A stretch of 54,237 bases of DNA from a bacterium (GTDB lineage: Bacteria; Zhuqueibacterota; Zhuqueibacteria; Oceanimicrobiales; Oceanimicrobiaceae). A model generated the notes under the pieces. It was not told the DNA's origin. It did not search any database and saw nothing but the letters and a program-made list of their open reading frames with translations. The position numbers and the translations under genes were made by a program. The DNA lies in NCBI GenBank assembly GCA_046757165.1, contig JBHHXT010000010.1, forward strand, positions 1 through 54,237. Direction: 5' to 3'. Positions 1 through 8,275 of the stretch are shown piece after piece (position 1 is the stretch's first letter; each line of letters starts with the position of its first letter).

Positions 1-124
1 GGGGTGCCGCATGCGGCAGCCCTGGGTCATCCAGGCATACCCACCTGAACCCCGAGAGGGGTTCCACAAACGGGACGTGGTGGCAATTGACAATACCGTC
101 AGAGCTTTGAGGAGAGTTTGGTTT

Positions 125-478
125 ATGAAGCGATTTCGTGCTTTTGTCATCCTGGCGATTCTGGCCGCCATCGTGGTCATGCCGGCTGCAGGTGCCCTGG
201 CGCAAGAAAAGGTCGCCACCCGGCAGGATAGCAGCGCGCAAGCAGAGAAATTCGATGTCGAGAAACGCAAGCAAGACGTGCAGATTTTCCTCGACAAGAT
301 CGAGATCCTGGGGCGCATCGAAAAGCCGCAGACCGTCTTCATCATTCAAGGTAAAGACCCGGCCGTGGACGATATCCAGATCGATCGCTCTTTCTTTCAG
401 GAGATTTTTCGTCGCGTCGAATGGGATAACACCCGGAAGATTGTCGAGAAGAGCATGGCAAAGCGCAGACGCAAGTAG
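125..478 (+). CDS. Small secreted protein, CglF/GltF-like
   Basis: ATG at 125 after AGGAG. Signal peptide MKRFRAFVILAILAAIVVMPAAGALA-QE. Core DKIEILGRIEKPQTVFI...RSFFQEI resembles the CglF pattern as I recall it. Lies upstream of exbB-exbD-exbD-tonB. Confidence 0.6.
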   Translation: MKRFRAFVILAILAAIVVMPAAGALAQEKVATRQDSSAQAEKFDVEKRKQDVQIFLDKIEILGRIEKPQTVFIIQGKDPAVDDIQIDRSFFQEIFRRVEWDNTRKIVEKSMAKRRRK

Positions 479-539
479 TCTTGTGCGGGAGCTTGCGCGG
501 GCATGACGCCAGGAGTGGACGTGAAAAATCCAGACTATA

Positions 540-571
540 AGGATTTCCAGTTTTTGAAATCCTATTTTTTT
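540..571 (+). terminator. Weak intrinsic terminator or attenuator
   Basis: AGGATTTC-N8-GAAATCCT stem followed by ATTTTTTT, between the small ORF and exbB. Confidence 0.3.
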
Positions 572-598
572 GAGCATTCAATCTAAGGAGGTAAAGCT

Positions 599-1222
599 TT
601 GGAGTACATCAACCTGGCCTTCAGGAGCGGTGGCCCGTTCATGTACGTTATCCTGGCCACATTGATTCTCGCCGTCGCGATCATTGTCGAACGCTTCACC
701 TACATCGCTGTCAAGAACCGCATCGACACCATGAAGTTTGTGAGCCGGATCGTCGAGCTGGTCAAGAACGGCAGCATCGGCAACGCCATCGAGTTGTGCA
801 ACATGTCGCGCGCCGCACTGCCGGTGATCACAGGCGCCGGCTTGCGTGCTTACGGCAAAAGTCCGAAGGACATCCAAAACGCCTTTGAGCTGGCGGCCAT
901 GTCTGAGATACCGAAACTGGAAAGGCGTACGCACTATCTTTCCATGATCGCCAACGTCGCGACCCTGCTCGGTTTGCTCGGCACGATTATCGGCTTGATC
1001 CAATCCTTCCAGGCGGTGGCGGCGGCAGATTCATCGCAAAAGGCCGCCCTGCTCTCCGCCGGCATTTCTGTGGCCATGAACACCACGGCCTTCGGGTTGA
1101 TCGTCGCCATTCCGTGCATGGTCTGCCATGCCTACATTCAGGCCAAAACCAACACCATCATCGATGAGATCAACGAAAACGTCGCGCGCATTTATCAGAA
1201 GATCATCACGCCGCGAGGATAA
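599..1222 (+). CDS. exbB: MotA/TolQ/ExbB proton channel (AglR-like)
   Basis: TTG start after AAGGAGG. GGPFM N-terminus, ATLLGLLGTIIGLI and AGISVAMNTTAFGLIVAIP transmembrane motifs. Confidence 0.93.
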   Translation: MEYINLAFRSGGPFMYVILATLILAVAIIVERFTYIAVKNRIDTMKFVSRIVELVKNGSIGNAIELCNMSRAALPVITGAGLRAYGKSPKDIQNAFELAAMSEIPKLERRTHYLSMIANVATLLGLLGTIIGLIQSFQAVAAADSSQKAALLSAGISVAMNTTAFGLIVAIPCMVCHAYIQAKTNTIIDEINENVARIYQKIITPRG

Positions 1223-1225
1223 GCC

Positions 1226-1678
1226 ATGAACTTGAAACGAGCCCTGGGCCGGGACCGGAAGATAGAGAGCGAGGATCTCAACATCACACCGGTGATGAAC
1301 ATCTTTCTCATTCTCGTGCCCTTTTTGCTGTTGACGGCCGTCTTTGTGCGCATCTCGATTCTCGAGTTCTCTTTGCCGAGTACAGATGAGCCATCGCAAA
1401 CACCGCTGAACAATCCCATCGTCACCATTTTGGCGATTACAGACAAAGGGTTCGAGTTGAAGACAATGGGAATTCAGTTTCCGTTCATCGTCAAACAGGA
1501 GAATGACGAGTTTGATTTTGGCACGCTGGTCGAGAAATTGAACCAGGTCAAGAAAGTTTATCAAGAGACGGAGGATATCATCATCGCGCCACAGGCCTCG
1601 ATCAAATACGATACGATTATTAAAGTGATGGACCGCTGCCGGGAAAACGGATTCCCGAATATTTCAATTTCAGGTTGA
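1226..1678 (+). CDS. exbD: ExbD/TolR family protein (AglQ-like)
   Basis: LNITPVMNIFLILVPFLL transmembrane segment. C-terminal IKYDTIIKVMDRCRENGFPNISI is typical of the ExbD periplasmic domain. Confidence 0.88.
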   Translation: MNLKRALGRDRKIESEDLNITPVMNIFLILVPFLLLTAVFVRISILEFSLPSTDEPSQTPLNNPIVTILAITDKGFELKTMGIQFPFIVKQENDEFDFGTLVEKLNQVKKVYQETEDIIIAPQASIKYDTIIKVMDRCRENGFPNISISG

Positions 1679-1686
1679 GTTCGACG

Positions 1687-2214
1687 ATGTACTTTAATTT
1701 TGACAGGGAGGACAGCGACAGATTTGTCGTCGTCAAGCCGCGCCGGAATAAATCGATCAGCTCTTTTGCCCTGCGGTTGACGTCCATGATCGACATGTTC
1801 ACCATTCTGCTCGTGTTTCTGCTGCAGAGCTTTTCAGCGGAAGGCGAGATCATGAGCGTGGCCAAAGATCTGCGCTTGCCGGAGTCCACCGCAAAAACCC
1901 CACCGAAAGCCAGCCCGATTCTGGTGGTGACCAACGAGTGGATTATTCTGGATGGCAATCCCGTCGAGAAGGTCGCGGCCGTCATGAGCCAGGAGCAGAA
2001 TCTCATCCAGCCGCTGCGCCAGCGCCTGGCTCACATCCGCACCTTTTCCACCAACCTGGCGACGCTGGACCGCAGTATGGGCTTCAGAGGTCAGATCGCC
2101 ATTCAGGGCGACCGCGAAATCCCGTTCGCCCTCTTGAAGAAAATCATGTTCACTTGCGGCCAGGAAGGCTTCAACAACATGCTGCTTGCCGTCAACCAGG
2201 CAGGCGAGAGCTGA
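1687..2214 (+). CDS. exbD: ExbD/TolR family protein (AglS-like)
   Basis: LTSMIDMFTILLVFLL transmembrane segment with the conserved Asp, LRLPES, and IQGDREIPFALLKKIMFTCGQEGF. An alternative TTG start lies at 1675. Confidence 0.9.
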   Translation: MYFNFDREDSDRFVVVKPRRNKSISSFALRLTSMIDMFTILLVFLLQSFSAEGEIMSVAKDLRLPESTAKTPPKASPILVVTNEWIILDGNPVEKVAAVMSQEQNLIQPLRQRLAHIRTFSTNLATLDRSMGFRGQIAIQGDREIPFALLKKIMFTCGQEGFNNMLLAVNQAGES

Positions 2215-2218
2215 CCTC

Positions 2219-3550
2219 ATGGCGAAGACTGAAAAACAACTTCTTGTCAAGATCGAGCAAGGGGGCTCGGTCTTGCACCGTCGGTTGTCGTGCAAAGAGA
2301 AGATCTCCGTCGGCCTGCACCCCAACAATGACGTCACGGTTTACGGCGAAGCCTTTCCCCGGCAGCACGTGTTGTTCGCCGGTAAGAACAGTCACTTCCA
2401 AATCAACCTGACTGGCCAGATGAAGGGTGAGGTGATCGCCGGCGACTCGCGCCTGAGCTTTCGCGACATGATCCTGCACGGCTTGCTGCCCAGAAAAGGC
2501 GGGAGTTTCACCTATCCGATCACCAGGGGCAAGCGGGGCGTCGTGGTGGTCGGAGACGCGAAGATTACCTTCCAATGCACCGAGGTCGATGCCAAAGCAG
2601 CGAAGGCCGTGCAAGGGCCCCGGTTTATCGGCTACTCCTGGGCCTACGCCACGTTCAAAGACCTGGGCAAGGACCTGGCATTCAAGGCCATCTTGCTGTT
2701 TTTCATCGTTGTGCATGCGCTCGTGTTGAAATACATGAGCGGCCTGCCCACCGATTTGACGCCCCGGGTGAGAGCGAGCAACGTTCCCGAGCGCCTGGCC
2801 AAAATCATCGTCAGAAATCCGGAGTCCGATTTTGCGCCGGCACGACGCAGAGGGGTTGCGGGGGGTGCAGACGAAGAGGCCAGCGGCGAGCAGGAGGAAG
2901 CCGCACGCCGTGGCGGCGAAGAAGAGCGAGAAAACCGGCGCCCGGAAAGCCAGGGCGTCCTGGGTCTGCTCACAGGCCTGGGCAGCACCGGCACCTCCAG
3001 CAATCTCACCGACTTCTTGCTCGACAAAGGGTTGGTCAGAGAGCTGGACCAGGTGATGACGGCGACCGACCTCACGCTCGGGAACGGTGACGGCAGCAGC
3101 GACGAGCTTGACGACCTGTTCGCCGCAACCGATCTCGGCGGCGGTATCGATGACATTCTCGAGGACTTTGACGAGGTCGAAAAAGTTTCGTTGGGCGAGA
3201 AGGGCCGAATTCAAGTGGAGCGCATCGGCGGGATGACCGGCAGCCAGTCCGCGCTCGGCAGGCGCTCGGAGGAATCGGTTCGCTCGGTCATGCTCTCCTA
3301 CACCGGCAGACTAACCTATATTTACAACAAATATCTAAGACGTGATCCCGGGCTAAAAGGCAAGCTGGTGGTGGAAGTCACGATCGCCGCGGACGGCTCC
3401 GTGGCGAGCGTGCGATTGGTGTCCTCGAGCATGAACCACCCGGAGTTCGAGCGCGACATTTTGAGTTTTATTCGCAGGTGGAAGTACGCTGCCATCGAGC
3501 AGGGAACGGTGACGGTGACTTATCCGCTTTTCTTTAGCAAGGTCAGTTAG
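2219..3550 (+). CDS. TonB family protein, GltG/PglI/AgmX-like (N-terminal FHA-like domain, TM helix, Gly/Glu-rich linker, TonB-C domain)
   Basis: TM ending in IVVHALVL with the TonB-type His. C-terminal YIYNKYLRRDPGLKGKLVVEVTIAADGSV...RRWKY...TVTYPLFF is the AgmX/PglI-type TonB-C signature. Confidence 0.85.
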   Translation: MAKTEKQLLVKIEQGGSVLHRRLSCKEKISVGLHPNNDVTVYGEAFPRQHVLFAGKNSHFQINLTGQMKGEVIAGDSRLSFRDMILHGLLPRKGGSFTYPITRGKRGVVVVGDAKITFQCTEVDAKAAKAVQGPRFIGYSWAYATFKDLGKDLAFKAILLFFIVVHALVLKYMSGLPTDLTPRVRASNVPERLAKIIVRNPESDFAPARRRGVAGGADEEASGEQEEAARRGGEEERENRRPESQGVLGLLTGLGSTGTSSNLTDFLLDKGLVRELDQVMTATDLTLGNGDGSSDELDDLFAATDLGGGIDDILEDFDEVEKVSLGEKGRIQVERIGGMTGSQSALGRRSEESVRSVMLSYTGRLTYIYNKYLRRDPGLKGKLVVEVTIAADGSVASVRLVSSSMNHPEFERDILSFIRRWKYAAIEQGTVTVTYPLFFSKVS

Positions 3551-3558
3551 TCCTTGAG

Positions 3559-3720
3559 GGTGTTCACGCTTTAGCGTGTTTCCCCTCCCCTTTGATGGAG
3601 TGCAAGGCTTCAGCATTGCAGAGGTGTTCACGCTTTAGCGTGTTTTCCCCTCACCTTTGATGGAGTGCAAGGCTTTAGCATTGCAGGGGTGTTCACGCTT
3701 TAGCGTGTTTTCCCCTCACC
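3559..3720. repeat. Tandem array of about 2.5 units (64-65 bp) of alternating REP-like palindromes
   Basis: GGTGTTCACGCTTTAGCGTG starts at 3559, 3623 and 3688, interleaved with GGAGTGCAAGGCTT(C/T)AGCATTGCA. Confidence 0.9.
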
Positions 3721-3819
3721 CCGGCAAGCCGATTCCTTAATTCTATGGTTGATGAGTTGGGGCAAGCTGAAGCTTGTCCGCCCCGGTCAGGAATGGCTCA
3801 ATCCAGGAAAACACCTCTC

Positions 3820-3868
3820 TGGTTCCGGTTGTAAAATCCCGCGTTTCAAGCGGGGCTCGTCCGGGTTA
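3820..3868. repeat. Dispersed element GGTTCCGG...AAATCCCGCG...GCGGGGCTCGTCCGGGTTA
   Basis: Related copies at 26237-26285, 27177-27228 (inverted) and 33001-33021 (inverted, short form). Confidence 0.75.
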
Positions 3869-5998
3869 ATTCAGTTCATCTGGTGCTGCAAGCCGGAGGA
3901 CTTCCCGGTCGAGGATCACAAAGTTTTGCTTTCGCATGGCGTAGATCAGCGCGTGAAAGTCGACTTGCGAGAGGTGAGAACCGAGTTCATTCTCCAGGTT
4001 GGATTTGAGCACGGTGAGCGGAGCAGCTTGTTTCCCGAGTAATCTCACCACGATCCCTTCCTTTATGGCGTCCGGACACTCCCTGTCTTTCATGGTCAAG
4101 AGATGGTGATGGTGAATCTCCAACATCGTCTGGCTCAGGAGCTCTTCAAGCTCCTTCTTCCCTCGAATCGTCACAACGATTTTGTCTTCTGTGCCGGAGT
4201 TGCGTATGAAGATGGCCGCAACGGAATGCGCTGCGCGATCCGCAACGTCAAAATAGAGCATGGACGGATCATGATCAAACGCAACTTGTTTTGCGGACAG
4301 GGCCTTTGGAAGATGAGCACACAACTGCGAGCGGATGAGTCCGATATCTTCTTGCCAGACCTGACTGCCCGGATAGAAACGGCTCTTGTCAACAAAATAA
4401 ACGCTTCGGGAGTCTTTGACGCCAGGCTGAAACGGATGGACAACCCGTGCAGTGTCTGGCTCGAGTCTGTTGAGAACGGACAAAACCCGAAGCGCACTCA
4501 GGAGTCCGTTGCCTGTAAAAACCCGTAGCGGACGGCCCGCGCGGTCGACAATTTCGCTGGCGAACGTCACGTGTCCGGACTCCTCTACGCCCACCACAAA
4601 CTTTCTCCCACGTCGGACAGGCTCCAACAGCCACTTATCGCCCACGCATGCGACTTCCGTCTGCAGGTCGAGTTTGAAGCGAGCGTGATCTCTGACGAGC
4701 AGATCGCTTTCAATGCTTGCAACAAAGACAGAATCGGGCGTGACCTCGCCGCGCTCCCGCATCCCGATGGCGATCCAGATGGCCAATTCGTCTCCGGAAA
4801 GAACCGATACGCGTTCCATCTCTGCGTTGTAGACCAGCAAATAGCCGCGGTCGCCATCGCCGTCGTTGACAATCCCACAGACGAACAGCCCCGGATGCTT
4901 TTGGCCCAATTGAAAGATTCTTTCCACGGCCGCCGGATTGACGTTCTCCTCCTGTTGACGAGTCCCCGCCGTGAAGAATGCTTTCCCCTCCAGCTCCGCT
5001 ACACCGCCGCCCTGGTTGATGTTGTGTCCAAGCGGGGTGGTGTTGACGTCCACGTGTGCAATATGCAAGCGCTCGAGCACTTTTGAAGCAGTCAGGGAGT
5101 ACGCCCCGTTGGCCCCATCGTAGACAACTCTGACGTTGTCGAGTTCGCCCGGGCGCAGCCAACTGTTGGCGAGATTGGTTTCGATCAGCAACTGCTCTGC
5201 TGCGGCGCTGACCTGCTCAACCGCACGTTTGCCGGCAGGAGGTGGTTTGCCGTTCGCCAGCCTGAACATCGTTGCGGTCAACGCATATTCCCCGGTGTGG
5301 GATTCTTCAAGAAGCTTGAAGCCGTCAAAGGTGAACTTCAGTCCGTTTTGGTTGGCCGGATTATGTGAGGCGGTCAAAATGGCTGCAATCCTGCTTTGTG
5401 CATAAGCGGCATAGAGAATCACACCTGGCGTGGCAAGAACCCCGGTGTTGTACACTTTGATCTTCTCGAGATTGAAGCCACGAATCACCGCTTGCGCGAA
5501 TTGGCCCTTTGTGACCATATCTCGACCGTCCTCCCCGAAGGTACAGGTGTCTTCTTCAGTGATTGACTTTGTTTCAAGCAGGAGGGAGGCCAATGAATGG
5601 GCGGCCAGTTCGAACAGAGCCGGAACGACCTTGCGCTCCCGCAGATACAGGGTCAAGGCTTCGAAGGTGCTGAGGTGGTCCGCAAGGAGGTTGCCCCGCA
5701 TACCGTCGGTGCCCTGGAGTTTGACCCGGCTCAGCATCATCTGCTCGTTGAGGGTTGCGGCCTGTGGCGGTGAATTCTCCCGGGTCTGAAAACTGAGCAG
5801 TCGCTTCAGGTCGATGACTGTGTTCTCAAACCGGTTTGTGTCGATCGAGTCCAGAGCCTTTTCTGCCGCGTCCGCACTGATTTGTGCGCGCGCGAGCATC
5901 TCGTTTCGGGCCCCCACGGAAAGGTCCGGACGGTTGAGAATGCGGGCGTCTTTGGGCACAACGAGGTAGATCTTTTTGTCAAATAGTCTTTGCCACAT
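3866..5998 (-). CDS. Alpha-D-phosphohexomutase (GlmM/PMM-like) with N-terminal extension
   Basis: GTDGMRG, catalytic TASHNP, metal loop NDGDGDR, sugar-binding EESGH, and RNSGTE. Confidence 0.9.
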   Translation of the reverse strand: MWQRLFDKKIYLVVPKDARILNRPDLSVGARNEMLARAQISADAAEKALDSIDTNRFENTVIDLKRLLSFQTRENSPPQAATLNEQMMLSRVKLQGTDGMRGNLLADHLSTFEALTLYLRERKVVPALFELAAHSLASLLLETKSITEEDTCTFGEDGRDMVTKGQFAQAVIRGFNLEKIKVYNTGVLATPGVILYAAYAQSRIAAILTASHNPANQNGLKFTFDGFKLLEESHTGEYALTATMFRLANGKPPPAGKRAVEQVSAAAEQLLIETNLANSWLRPGELDNVRVVYDGANGAYSLTASKVLERLHIAHVDVNTTPLGHNINQGGGVAELEGKAFFTAGTRQQEENVNPAAVERIFQLGQKHPGLFVCGIVNDGDGDRGYLLVYNAEMERVSVLSGDELAIWIAIGMRERGEVTPDSVFVASIESDLLVRDHARFKLDLQTEVACVGDKWLLEPVRRGRKFVVGVEESGHVTFASEIVDRAGRPLRVFTGNGLLSALRVLSVLNRLEPDTARVVHPFQPGVKDSRSVYFVDKSRFYPGSQVWQEDIGLIRSQLCAHLPKALSAKQVAFDHDPSMLYFDVADRAAHSVAAIFIRNSGTEDKIVVTIRGKKELEELLSQTMLEIHHHHLLTMKDRECPDAIKEGIVVRLLGKQAAPLTVLKSNLENELGSHLSQVDFHALIYAMRKQNFVILDREVLRLAAPDELN

Positions 5999-6001
5999 CG
6001 T

Positions 6002-8251
6002 CTACTCGATCTCAGACACCTCCACCAGGAGGTGATGGTCGATTCTCACCTGTAAGAACGGCTCGGCTCCTGCAATCACCCCGATGACGCGGTCGTGTTC
6101 GTAGTCGTAAACACGATAGCGTGCTTTCTCATCCAGCCCCCGAAACTCGACCGGGCCGGCATAGGTTTTCGTCTGCTTTTTATCCAGGTAGCTGCGCAGG
6201 TTGTCCGCCACGATGCCATCGGGTTCTCCGGGGAAAAAGGCATAATACATTTTGCCATCCTTGCGGATGACGTGGGTTTCCGGAACGTCAAAGATGAAGT
6301 CGTACAGGTTCAGATACTCGCCTTTCGATAACATCAGTTGGCGGTAAAGGGAAATCCAATGCCGCCAGAGGTGTTTTTTTGCCGCAAAAGAGCTCTTGCG
6401 CCCGGCTTTGTGGGTTTTTTCCTTTCCTGCCGGCGTGATGCGTGTCGCCGGGACGCCGCCAACGCCGATCAGTGAAAAATCTTGCCCTTCGTCGCTGATC
6501 TCGATGTGGTCCAACACCACGGCAGCGTGTGGCCCAAAGAGCGCCTTCATTTGTTTGAGCATGCCACGATTGACCCAGCTGGTCCACGGGTCCGGAGAAA
6601 TGGCCTGGTTTTGCCACTGCATCCAATCCGGCGTCATCGGCGTGCCGCATGGACAGCTCAAAATAACCGCATTCGGTTTGATGGCTGTCGCAGTCTCGTA
6701 AATGGCCCGCAAGATTTTGCCATAGCCGACCGAGGCTTCGTCCGGTGAGGGGTGGCCATGGGTCTCGTCAAAACATGCGGGACACATATAGACGGCATCC
6801 TGCTTGAGTCCATCGATTTTCCAGACTTTGAACATTTTCTCGGTGATTTGCTCAAAATGCTCGACAACCTGTGGCAGCGCGCCACAGCAAAAGCAATTGC
6901 CACGTTTTGACAACTCGGGTTCGCCATCGGGTCTGCGCACGATCCAATCCGGGTGGGCATCAAAATACTTCGCCCTGGCGTGGTGCGGATGCTTTTTGAT
7001 TTCAGTCGCAGCGCTGGGATGCTCCTGCAGCCAGTTGTCCAGGTCGGCGTCGGCGTCGACTTCGGCCGGTAAGGTCCACAACTTTACGCGAAATCCCTCC
7101 CGGTGCAAGCGATCGACAAAGGAGCAGAAATCCTCTTCGCCACCCGGAAACAGGTCTTTCCGGGGGTGCCAATCGCCGGTGGCGTCGTACCAGCGGTCGT
7201 CCAGCGTGATCCAGCGAATGCCCATTTCCTTGAGATGTGGCAGGGTCGAGAGAATGTCTTGCTGAGAATAATTGTCGCGAAAGCCCCAGGTGTCCCATTG
7301 TGGTTCGTAAGCATCGTCTGGATGCTGCGGAAACGCGACGCCGCACATCGTCAGCATCTCTCGGTAAATCGCGAGGGCGTTATGAAAATCTCCTTCATGC
7401 AGAATGACCATGGCGGTCAGGGATTCCACCGTTTTTCCCGCCAGGATTGGGTCCCGTCTATGTTGCAGGATTTGCAGGGAAACGCGGCCATCATTTGGTC
7501 TGACTTTGACGGGCAAGCTGCAAAGGGAGAATTGCGGTTCCAGATGCCCGACTGCAAGTCCCAGGTTCTTGTGCCAGACACCGGTTATGGGGATGCCACC
7601 CCCGAATCCGGGTTGCGTGCCATGACGATACCCGGGCTGGTACCCGCCGCCGTCATGGGATTCGAGAACGCCCAGGAAGTTTCGTTTGACATAGTTGCGC
7701 GTCAGCTCCTGCAGGCAGTGTTCCCGGGTCTCGGCGCTGCCGTTGTACACCCACAGGCTGTGCGGGGTTGTCGCGCCCAGGCGGGTTGCATCCAGAAGCA
7801 GGTTGTTGGCCACAACTCCTTGTATCTTTCCGGAATCCAGCTCCGGCGTACTGGCAAATCGTGAACGCGTGACGACCACCGACGGGAAGCGATGATAGAT
7901 TTCCAGGGTTAATTCCAGACTCACCGGCTGTGGCAGAGAGATGTCGTCTTCTCCGGCCAGGGTGACACGCACACCGTGCCCCCAAATGGTGTTTATGTCT
8001 GCAACGCGCACCTGGTTTTCACGCAACGTGAAGCGGTTGACCGCGATGCCGTCAACGATCAAAGCGTGCAGCGGTTGTTGGGTTTGACTTTCTGCAAAGG
8101 GAGCACACATGGAAATCCAGTGCTCGTCTTTGTGATAGGCAATCTCTGTATAGAAGGTTTTTGTTACCCGCATTTTGAGGCGGCCGACTTCTATCGTGAC
8201 ATGGTCAGAGCGTTCAGTAATTTTCGCGCTTTTGGGATTTGCGTGAGCCAT
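6002..8251 (-). CDS. Glycoside hydrolase, GH36 alpha-galactosidase-like
   Basis: WDTWG, LDDRWY...GDW...FPGG and DGLKQD (nucleophile Asp). The C-terminal YYAFF...FRGLD...YRVYDY domain matches GH36-type enzymes. Confidence 0.85.
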   Translation of the reverse strand: MAHANPKSAKITERSDHVTIEVGRLKMRVTKTFYTEIAYHKDEHWISMCAPFAESQTQQPLHALIVDGIAVNRFTLRENQVRVADINTIWGHGVRVTLAGEDDISLPQPVSLELTLEIYHRFPSVVVTRSRFASTPELDSGKIQGVVANNLLLDATRLGATTPHSLWVYNGSAETREHCLQELTRNYVKRNFLGVLESHDGGGYQPGYRHGTQPGFGGGIPITGVWHKNLGLAVGHLEPQFSLCSLPVKVRPNDGRVSLQILQHRRDPILAGKTVESLTAMVILHEGDFHNALAIYREMLTMCGVAFPQHPDDAYEPQWDTWGFRDNYSQQDILSTLPHLKEMGIRWITLDDRWYDATGDWHPRKDLFPGGEEDFCSFVDRLHREGFRVKLWTLPAEVDADADLDNWLQEHPSAATEIKKHPHHARAKYFDAHPDWIVRRPDGEPELSKRGNCFCCGALPQVVEHFEQITEKMFKVWKIDGLKQDAVYMCPACFDETHGHPSPDEASVGYGKILRAIYETATAIKPNAVILSCPCGTPMTPDWMQWQNQAISPDPWTSWVNRGMLKQMKALFGPHAAVVLDHIEISDEGQDFSLIGVGGVPATRITPAGKEKTHKAGRKSSFAAKKHLWRHWISLYRQLMLSKGEYLNLYDFIFDVPETHVIRKDGKMYYAFFPGEPDGIVADNLRSYLDKKQTKTYAGPVEFRGLDEKARYRVYDYEHDRVIGVIAGAEPFLQVRIDHHLLVEVSEIE

Positions 8252-8275
8252 ATATTCCGCCCCGGGACATCGAGA

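Noticed and set aside
2192..3214. 340-aa antisense ORF
   Set aside because: It is a shadow of the TonB-C gene caused by GC-rich codon bias, with no recognisable motifs.
3559..3720. CRISPR array
   Set aside because: The sequences between the repeated units are themselves near-identical and palindromic, so there are no unique spacers. It is a tandem REP-like mosaic.
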